This document shows positions 57,835 through 64,000 of a stretch of 64,000 bases of DNA, one piece after another. The first letter of the stretch is position 1. Each line of letters starts with the position of its first letter. A model generated the notes under the pieces. It made no database searches and had not been told where the DNA came from. It saw only the letters and a program-made list of their open reading frames with translations. This DNA is from a bacterium (lineage in GTDB: Bacteria > SAR324 > NAC60-12): contig OZ242383.1 of NCBI GenBank assembly GCA_965209155.1, positions 4,194,201 to 4,258,200 of the forward strand. The letters are read 5' to 3'. Both the position numbers and the translations under genes were made by a program.

Positions 57835-58320
57835 TCACTGATTTTGGAACCGGTGCATATCTTTTTCCAGGATATTTTCTTCTTCAGGCGTCAGTGGGAG
57901 GTCTTGGCGCAGTTCATCTTCTTGTTGTTTTTTTGCCCATTGCCGGCTTTTATGGAACAAGAAGGCCATCCCCCCGGTCATCCCCAGTGCAGGCAGAATC
58001 CAGAGGAGCAAGTTGAAACCGCGCTTGGGAGGACTGCGCAGGATCCATTCGCCGTAACGTTCGACGAAATATGCGCGAATTTCGTCATCCGTGGCCCCGG
58101 ATTGCAGCATTTCTTCGATCTTATGGCGGATCTGTACGGAAAAACCAGCCTCGGAATCTTTCACGGACAATCCCTGACAGGTGGGACAACGGAATTGATT
58201 GAATAAATCTTTCAATCTCGATTCCATTTCGGCTTCCGTGAGGGCAGTTGCTTCAAAGACGAAGGCCACCAGGAGTCCTGCCATCCATACGAATAAACGC
58301 GTCATGAGCTGTGTCGACAA
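57835..58320 (-). CDS. ccmH: Cytochrome c-type biogenesis protein CcmH
   Basis: 161 aa; signal/anchor then CPTCQ motif, second transmembrane segment; follows ccmF-ccmG. Confidence 0.8.
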   Translation of the reverse strand: MSTQLMTRLFVWMAGLLVAFVFEATALTEAEMESRLKDLFNQFRCPTCQGLSVKDSEAGFSVQIRHKIEEMLQSGATDDEIRAYFVERYGEWILRSPPKRGFNLLLWILPALGMTGGMAFLFHKSRQWAKKQQEDELRQDLPLTPEEENILEKDMHRFQNQ

Positions 58321-58335
58321 AAAGTTAAAATCGCT

Positions 58336-58890
58336 TTAATTAGCGGGAGTCGTCGCTTCCAGGAGCGCTTGCACCTCTTGCGCCATCACGGCTTCAGTCA
58401 GTTCACCGACATGTTTGTCCTGGACGATTCCCCGGGCATCGATGAAAAAAGTTTCGGGAACCCCATAAATGCCATAATCGAGCGCGATGCTTCCTTTCTC
58501 GTCATCCAATGCGAGAAAATATTCTTTCCCAAAACGAAGGGCAAAGGCACGCGCTGTTGAGAGTTGGTCCTGTATGGCAATACCGAGCACGCGAATACGA
58601 CCCTCCTGCTTATCAAATTTCAGGTGATAGGATTTCAGGATCCTGGCCTCGGTTTGACAGGCAAGGCACCAGGAAGCCCAAAAATTGAGGACGACCGGTT
58701 TCCCTCGGAGATCACTGAGTCGCAGGGAAGCCTTGCCGTCCATTGAGACTACCGTGAATTCCGGAGCCGGCTTACCGACCAGGGGAGACGGCACGTGTTT
58801 GGGGTTGGAAGTCAGGCCAAAAGCCAGCAATCCGATAAAACCGAGAACGACGGCAATCGCGCACCAGAATTTCAGAGATTGGAACCACAT
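58336..58890 (-). CDS. ccmG: Thiol:disulfide interchange protein CcmG/DsbE
   Basis: 184 aa; membrane anchor plus thioredoxin fold with WCxxC (WASWCLAC) and GVPETF motif. Confidence 0.85.
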   Translation of the reverse strand: MWFQSLKFWCAIAVVLGFIGLLAFGLTSNPKHVPSPLVGKPAPEFTVVSMDGKASLRLSDLRGKPVVLNFWASWCLACQTEARILKSYHLKFDKQEGRIRVLGIAIQDQLSTARAFALRFGKEYFLALDDEKGSIALDYGIYGVPETFFIDARGIVQDKHVGELTEAVMAQEVQALLEATTPAN

Positions 58891-58912
58891 CCTGAATAAG
58901 CACTAAATTGAT

Positions 58913-60910
58913 TCAAACAGGCCGCTTCGTTCCTGGAAGATAGGGCAGACCCGCCGCTTCTTGCGGCACCTTCATGGTTTGGGGACGATACGTCATCGAC
59001 AAGGCCACTCCCAAGGTGAAGAAAGGCAATGCCATCCAGGCCCAACCCACCAGGGGATTGACGCGTACTTTGAGCACGGCCCTCTGCATTTCCGGGTTTT
59101 CGTCGTGCAGGACCAGGTACAAGTCTTCCCAAAAACTTCGCCGGATCGCCACTTCCGTCAGGGGGTCCGGTTGAGTCGGATAAAAACTCTTGGCGGGTTT
59201 CATTACTTCCAATTTCCGGCCGTCCCGGAACACTTCAACAACGGCAGCTCGATGGGTCGCGTTACGGACCTGGAATTCTTCCATTCCACGGAATACGAGT
59301 TGGTAACCCGCCGCCATTTCGGAGCGATTCAATTCCATGGAAATGTCTTTTTCAAAGTCGAAAAAACTGCCGGCAAACCCGATGAACATCAACACGATTC
59401 CCAAGTGGATCGTCAATCCTCCGTAACGCCGGGAATTACGCAGGATGACGTACAGGAAAGCGGTTCCGATGTTCACCGATAGCTGTCGAACCTTGAGCAA
59501 AGTCGCTTTGTACAATTCGATAACGATGGTCAGAGTCACAAAAAACGCAATCCAGAAAATCAACAACGTTTGCCATTTCCAGGTAATGAATATGGCAAGA
59601 ACCAAGGTGCCTGCTGCGGCCAGCAGCATGGGGGTTTGGAAGTTTTTTCGTAAACTGGTGAAACTGCTCCTTCTCCAGGCAATCAAAGTCCCGATTCCCA
59701 TTAAAAAAAACAAGAGATAGCCCATCGGCGCGGTCACAGTATTGAAGAAAGGCGCCTGGATGGAAAGTTTGGTGCCCCGGATGGCTTCTGCGATGAGTGG
59801 GAATGTCGTCCCCAGCAGCACGGTGAATGCGATACCAACAAAAAGGATGTTTTGGGCGAGGAAGGCGTTTTCCCGGCAAAGAACGGACTCGAGCCGGTGG
59901 TCCGATTCCAGCACGCGGATTCGCTTGAAAAGCAAGACCATGGCAAAAAGAAGCACAAAGGCGAGGAATCCCAGGAAAAAAGGACCGATTTCGGACTGGG
60001 TGAAGGAATGGACCGAATTCACGATCCCGGAACGAGTGAGAAAGGTGCCGAGGATGCTCAAGCCGAAAGTCATAATAATCAACACCACGTTCCAGATCTT
60101 GAGCATGTTCCGTTTTTCCTGCACCATCACCGAATGCAAAAATGCGGTACCCGTGAGCCATGGCATCAAGGCGGCATTTTCCACCGGATCCCATGCCCAG
60201 TAGCCACCCCATCCCAGCTCTTCATAAGCCCATTGTCCCCCCAGGATCAATCCCAAAGAGAGAAAATACCAGGAAAACAGCGTCCAACGCCGTGTGGTGA
60301 CAATCCATTCGTTGTCCAGTTTTCCCCGCATCAACCCGGCCATTGCGAAAGCGAAGGGTACGCTGAAACCAATATACCCCAGGTACAAAGACGGAGGATG
60401 AGCGATCATGGCCAGGTGTTGCAGTAAGGGATTCAATCCCCGGCCTTCCAGGGGAGCAATCGCTTGCAATGCGAAGGGGTTGGACCAGACCACCAGTAAG
60501 GCGAGCAGGAAAACCATGATGAAATTGAGCACGGCGATGACATAGGGAATGACCTGACGGTTGGTATGCTGGTACCGGCAGGCCACGATCATGGCGAATC
60601 CACTCTGCACGAATGCCCAGAGGAGCAAGGAACCATCGAGTCCCCCCCAAAACGCGGTGACCTTGTAAAACAAGGGCATGTCGGTGCTCGAATTTTCCCA
60701 GACGTAAATCAGTCTGAAATCATTGTTCACGAAAGCATGGACCAGCAGGACGCTGCTGCAAAGCAGTAAGAAAAAATTGAAGGTTGTGGCATACTGGGCA
60801 GAGCGAACCAGGTTCCAATTGTTGCGTCGCACCCCGACACAGGGAACGATGCTGCCATATAAAGCGACGGCCAATGCCATCACCATCATCATGTATCCAA
60901 TATCTGCCAT
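58913..60910 (-). CDS. ccmF: Cytochrome c-type biogenesis heme lyase CcmF
   Basis: 665 aa polytopic protein; WWD domain (WGGYWAWDPVENAALMPW). Confidence 0.9.
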   Translation of the reverse strand: MADIGYMMMVMALAVALYGSIVPCVGVRRNNWNLVRSAQYATTFNFFLLLCSSVLLVHAFVNNDFRLIYVWENSSTDMPLFYKVTAFWGGLDGSLLLWAFVQSGFAMIVACRYQHTNRQVIPYVIAVLNFIMVFLLALLVVWSNPFALQAIAPLEGRGLNPLLQHLAMIAHPPSLYLGYIGFSVPFAFAMAGLMRGKLDNEWIVTTRRWTLFSWYFLSLGLILGGQWAYEELGWGGYWAWDPVENAALMPWLTGTAFLHSVMVQEKRNMLKIWNVVLIIMTFGLSILGTFLTRSGIVNSVHSFTQSEIGPFFLGFLAFVLLFAMVLLFKRIRVLESDHRLESVLCRENAFLAQNILFVGIAFTVLLGTTFPLIAEAIRGTKLSIQAPFFNTVTAPMGYLLFFLMGIGTLIAWRRSSFTSLRKNFQTPMLLAAAGTLVLAIFITWKWQTLLIFWIAFFVTLTIVIELYKATLLKVRQLSVNIGTAFLYVILRNSRRYGGLTIHLGIVLMFIGFAGSFFDFEKDISMELNRSEMAAGYQLVFRGMEEFQVRNATHRAAVVEVFRDGRKLEVMKPAKSFYPTQPDPLTEVAIRRSFWEDLYLVLHDENPEMQRAVLKVRVNPLVGWAWMALPFFTLGVALSMTYRPQTMKVPQEAAGLPYLPGTKRPV

Positions 60911-61124
60911 ATTAATTCTTTATTCAATGAAGTAGCATTGAGTGTGAATCCCCGACTTTGAAGGAAACCCGACCCCTTCCTTATGGTATGGCGGCGATGC
61001 CGGGCTTCGAATTCCCGGGAAGTTCCCGGATATCTCAGAGCAACCTTGTCCTTTACACCAGGATACTCCTCTTATTGAAGACTCATGTCGAATATAGCTT
61101 AACTAACAAAAAGAATGCATAAAA

Positions 61125-61955
61125 TCAATACTTTTTATTGCGCCGGAGCGGCAGCCTCGCCGGCAGTAAACCCAATCCTCCTCTTTTCATCCGTTCGGGC
61201 AGGAAGGTGATGCGCAACTTCCCCGTATTCCGCAGAGGACGCACCTCGGCATGAACCCCGTAAACTTTCTCGATCAAGCGGGGCGTCAGGATTGCCTGCG
61301 GCTCCCCTCCGCAAACCATCTTTCCTTCTTTGAGTACGTAGATATGGTCACAATAAAGCGCTGCCAGGTTCAAGTCGTGCAAGGCCACCAAGGCCGTGAT
61401 GTTCAGTTGTTTGATCAAATCGAGAATTTCCAGTTGGTGGTAAATGTCCAGGTGGTTGGTCGGTTCATCCATCAGCAGCAGTCGGGGTTGTTGCGCCAGG
61501 GCCCGTGCGATGAGGACCCGTTGCTTTTCACCACCGGATAAGGAAAGAAAACGACGACTGGCGAATTGCCATAAATCCACCCGCCTCAACGCCTCTTCCG
61601 TTATCGACAAATCCTCTTCCGATTCGGTTTCAAAAGTCTTTTTGAAAGGCAAGCGTCCCATCATTACCATTTCATGGACGTTGAAATCAAACTCCGTTTC
61701 CGACTCCTGGACGACAACCGCCATCCTTTGCGCCACGTCACGCGATTTCAATCGCCATACGGCCTTGCCATCGATGTCGATCCGACCGGAATCGGGTTTC
61801 AGGACGCGATAGATTGTTTTCAACAAGCTGGTTTTGCCGCTGCCGTTGGGACCGATCAGTCCCACGAATTGCCGGGGTCGTACTTCCATGGAAAGGTCTT
61901 GAATGATGCGTTTTTCTTCCCTGGAGCAATTGACCTTTTGTAATTCCAACCTCAT
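61125..61955 (-). CDS. ABC transporter ATP-binding protein (iron-siderophore/heme/B12 type)
   Basis: Walker A GPNGSGKTS, signature LSGGEKQR, Walker B LLLMDEP; start set at second Met (61955). Confidence 0.8.
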   Translation of the reverse strand: MRLELQKVNCSREEKRIIQDLSMEVRPRQFVGLIGPNGSGKTSLLKTIYRVLKPDSGRIDIDGKAVWRLKSRDVAQRMAVVVQESETEFDFNVHEMVMMGRLPFKKTFETESEEDLSITEEALRRVDLWQFASRRFLSLSGGEKQRVLIARALAQQPRLLLMDEPTNHLDIYHQLEILDLIKQLNITALVALHDLNLAALYCDHIYVLKEGKMVCGGEPQAILTPRLIEKVYGVHAEVRPLRNTGKLRITFLPERMKRGGLGLLPARLPLRRNKKY

Positions 61956-61986
61956 CACGCCTCTCCTTGTCGCATGTAACGCCGCT

Positions 61987-63060
61987 TCAGCTCCGCTGTA
62001 GCATTTTGCCTTTGAAACGCATCAACCAGATAAAAAAAGGTGCTCCCGAAAAAGCAGTGAGGATGCCGATCGGGAGTTCCTCGGGCGATAAGATCACCCG
62101 GGCCAGCACGTCTACCCAGATAAGAAAGATCGCACCAAACAAAAAGCCGATGGGCAGCACTTTTTTGTGGTCGGAGCCGAAGCACAATTTGACGATATGG
62201 GGCACCAGCAGTCCGACGAATCCAATTGTGCCGCTAACGGCCACCAACACGCCTGTCAGTAGAGCGCTGATAACGAAGAGCAGGTTGCGCAAGCGCGGTA
62301 CGTCGACTCCCAACGTAGACGCCGTTTCCGGACCAATGAGCAAGGCATTCATCGCCCGGGAACGGGTCATCAAAAAAAAAGCGGCCAGCGCCAATGCCAG
62401 CAACGGGACTCCCAATTGTTCCCATTGCGCGTTGCCCAACCCCCCCAACATCCAAAACAGGACCTGACGCGCGGCACTGTGGTTACTCGCTTGGAAAATC
62501 AGAAAATTGGTGACCGATGAAAACACGAATGCCGTCGCAATCCCTGCCAGGATCAATCGAACGGGGGAAAGTTGTCCGGACTGTTGGGCAATCAGGAATA
62601 CCACCACCAGGGCCAGCAATGCGCCTGAAAAGGCAGCGAGAGGAAGCGCGAATGGCCCGAGCATCGAGGCGCCGAAAAGAATCACGCAAACGGCGCCCAC
62701 CGAAGCCCCGGAGGAGATTCCCAACAAGTAGGGATCGGCCAGGGGATTGCGCACCAGCGTTTGCATGGTGATTCCCACCAACGTCAAACCCGCCCCGACA
62801 ATGGCCCCTAAGAATACCCGGGGCAAGCGAATATTCCAGACAATCCCATCCTGAAAATCCGGCCAGTCTTTTGCGATCCAATCCGGAAAAAACGGGTACA
62901 GTACGATTTCCCAAACCCGGACGACCGGAATAGAGACCGAGCCGATGGCGACGGCCAGTGAAAATGACAACAACAACCCGATTACCAATACCGCAGTCAC
63001 CTTTGCGCCTTTGTGCCTTTGCGCCTTTGCGCCTTTGTGCCTGGCAAAAAAATGTTCCAT
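61987..63060 (-). CDS. FecCD-family ABC transporter permease
   Basis: 357 aa polytopic protein with FecCD-type sequence; the listed N-terminus is encoded by a simple GCGCAAAGG repeat, so the true start is probably further downstream. Confidence 0.75.
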   Translation of the reverse strand: MEHFFARHKGAKAQRHKGAKVTAVLVIGLLLSFSLAVAIGSVSIPVVRVWEIVLYPFFPDWIAKDWPDFQDGIVWNIRLPRVFLGAIVGAGLTLVGITMQTLVRNPLADPYLLGISSGASVGAVCVILFGASMLGPFALPLAAFSGALLALVVVFLIAQQSGQLSPVRLILAGIATAFVFSSVTNFLIFQASNHSAARQVLFWMLGGLGNAQWEQLGVPLLALALAAFFLMTRSRAMNALLIGPETASTLGVDVPRLRNLLFVISALLTGVLVAVSGTIGFVGLLVPHIVKLCFGSDHKKVLPIGFLFGAIFLIWVDVLARVILSPEELPIGILTAFSGAPFFIWLMRFKGKMLQRS

Positions 63061-63079
63061 GAATCCCGAATGGAGCTCT

Positions 63080-63645
63080 TAATTGATCTCATTAAACCAC
63101 CAGCTCTGCTGGTGCGAACCTAATAGGCTTTGCCGATCAGACATGAGAAAGGTATCCGTGTCCGTGAGCCGTGCTCGTGCTCGTGAACGGTCAGTGAATT
63201 CGACGGCACATTTTGGTTAACATTGAAACAATGCGATGAAGTCACTGTTTCCCTTCGTCAAATAAAGGAGGCTGGATGATCTTCAACACGTTTAAAACAT
63301 CAAGAATAGCAGCGCATTCCATTGCGGAACCTCGGGCAAATGCATAGAATCGTTGCTTGTCAGGAAAGGAATTTTTTCCACAGCCTTCTGCGATATTGAG
63401 AGGAATCGACCATGAGGCCCTTTTCAGTTGGTCAACTAAGGCTGAGTATCCTTTTGGCAATGTTTCGATGACTTGGACAGATAACGCTAAAAATTCGATG
63501 GAACATTGGTATACATCGAGTTTTTCATGATCTGACATGGCAGCCTTTTTCGTTCACGAGCACGAGCACGTCTTACGATGACGAACACGTTTTGCCCTCA
63601 TACTGGGGGCCTCTTCAAGCCACCGGCTCTGCCGGTGGTGATGAC
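63080..63645 (-). mobile_element. IVS-like four-helix-bundle cassette (copy 3, reverse orientation)
   Basis: Same terminal palindromes and stem arms as 47244-47810, in inverted orientation. Confidence 0.7.
63242..63538 (-). CDS. Four-helix-bundle protein, C-terminally truncated by nonsense codon
   Basis: 98 aa, near-identical to 47351..47698 but a TTA to TGA change ends it 17 codons early. Confidence 0.6.
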   Translation of the reverse strand: MSDHEKLDVYQCSIEFLALSVQVIETLPKGYSALVDQLKRASWSIPLNIAEGCGKNSFPDKQRFYAFARGSAMECAAILDVLNVLKIIQPPLFDEGKQ

Positions 63646-63666
63646 TGGTTCACCGGACGTCAGTGA

Positions 63667-64000
63667 TTAAAACAATTCCGGGTAAAAAGCTTTCGCGAGC
63701 TCCACAATGGCGTCGGCATTACGAATCCCGGGAGTGGCCGCCGCATAAGGGAGGACCACGAATCGTTTGTGTCGAATCGCCTCCACCCCCTGCAACGCAT
63801 AGTGCTCCAGTAAAAAATTTTTCTTTGCTCCGGCGTCCGGTCTTCCATAGTCGACAATCACAATCACTTGCGGGTTACGGCTCACGATTTGCTCCCAACT
63901 CACCGTGGTCCAATTCTGGTCCAGGTTCTTGAAAATATGGTCACCCCCCGCAAGCCGGATCAACGTGTCGGGAATGCCAAAGCCTCCGGATGTAAAAGGC
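63667..64000 (-). CDS. Periplasmic substrate-binding protein of iron/B12-type ABC transporter (partial, 5-prime end beyond window)
   Basis: C-terminal region typical of FecB/BtuF-like binding proteins; frame stays open to the window edge; upstream of the FecCD permease and ATPase. Confidence 0.55.
   Translation of the reverse strand, partial: PFTSGGFGIPDTLIRLAGGDHIFKNLDQNWTTVSWEQIVSRNPQVIVIVDYGRPDAGAKKNFLLEHYALQGVEAIRHKRFVVLPYAAATPGIRNADAIVELAKAFYPELF

Noticed and set aside
59436-60427. Several 190-260-aa ORFs in alternative frames (59436..60212 minus, 59742..60203 plus, 59852..60427 plus)
   Set aside because: All lie within ccmF, which is supported by its WWD domain and polytopic architecture; alternative-frame artefacts in a GC-rich gene.
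1-64000. tRNA, rRNA or tmRNA genes
   Set aside because: No intergenic segment shows a tRNA-like acceptor/T-arm pattern or rRNA-like conservation by eye. The four-helix-bundle cassettes resemble rRNA intervening sequences but are not embedded in rRNA here. A tRNAscan/Infernal run would be needed to be sure.

Overview
64-kb segment of a bacterial chromosome, probably a diderm (Sec/Tat signal peptides, lipoboxes, ccmFGH cytochrome c maturation genes). Core housekeeping and metabolic genes on both strands: a PhyH-like oxygenase, aldo/keto reductase, a peptide-type ABC importer (SBP plus two permeases), U32 peptidase, PfkB kinase, tig-clpP-clpX, a flavin reductase, an HMG-CoA-synthase-like/DUF35 + thiolase + acyl-CoA ligase cluster, a cyanate/nitrate-type ABC transporter with cyanase (cynS), a BMP-family nucleoside ABC transporter carrying an embedded adenosine deaminase, ccmF-ccmG-ccmH, and an iron/B12-type ABC transporter at the right edge. 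Two accessory regions interrupt this. (1) About 7.2-14.3 kb: a block bounded by ~212-bp imperfect inverted repeats, carrying a tightly coupled three-gene operon that ends in a P-loop NTPase (two partner proteins unassignable by eye), an IS5-family transposase fragment and an N-truncated DNA methyltransferase; this is my best candidate for an undescribed defence-type system. (2) About 15.4-25.7 kb: an AT-rich island of lipoproteins, small secreted/membrane proteins, tandem paralogous ~90-aa genes, an EEP-family nuclease/phosphatase and two families of dispersed repeats. Across the window there are also three copies of an IVS-like cassette encoding a four-helix-bundle protein (one inside the cyn cluster, one internally deleted, one with a nonsense codon) and REP-like hairpin units in tandem arrays that resemble CRISPR but are not. 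No tRNA or rRNA genes were seen. All family assignments come from reading the translations; no database search was run. Repeat coordinates are hand-counted and may be off by a few bases.
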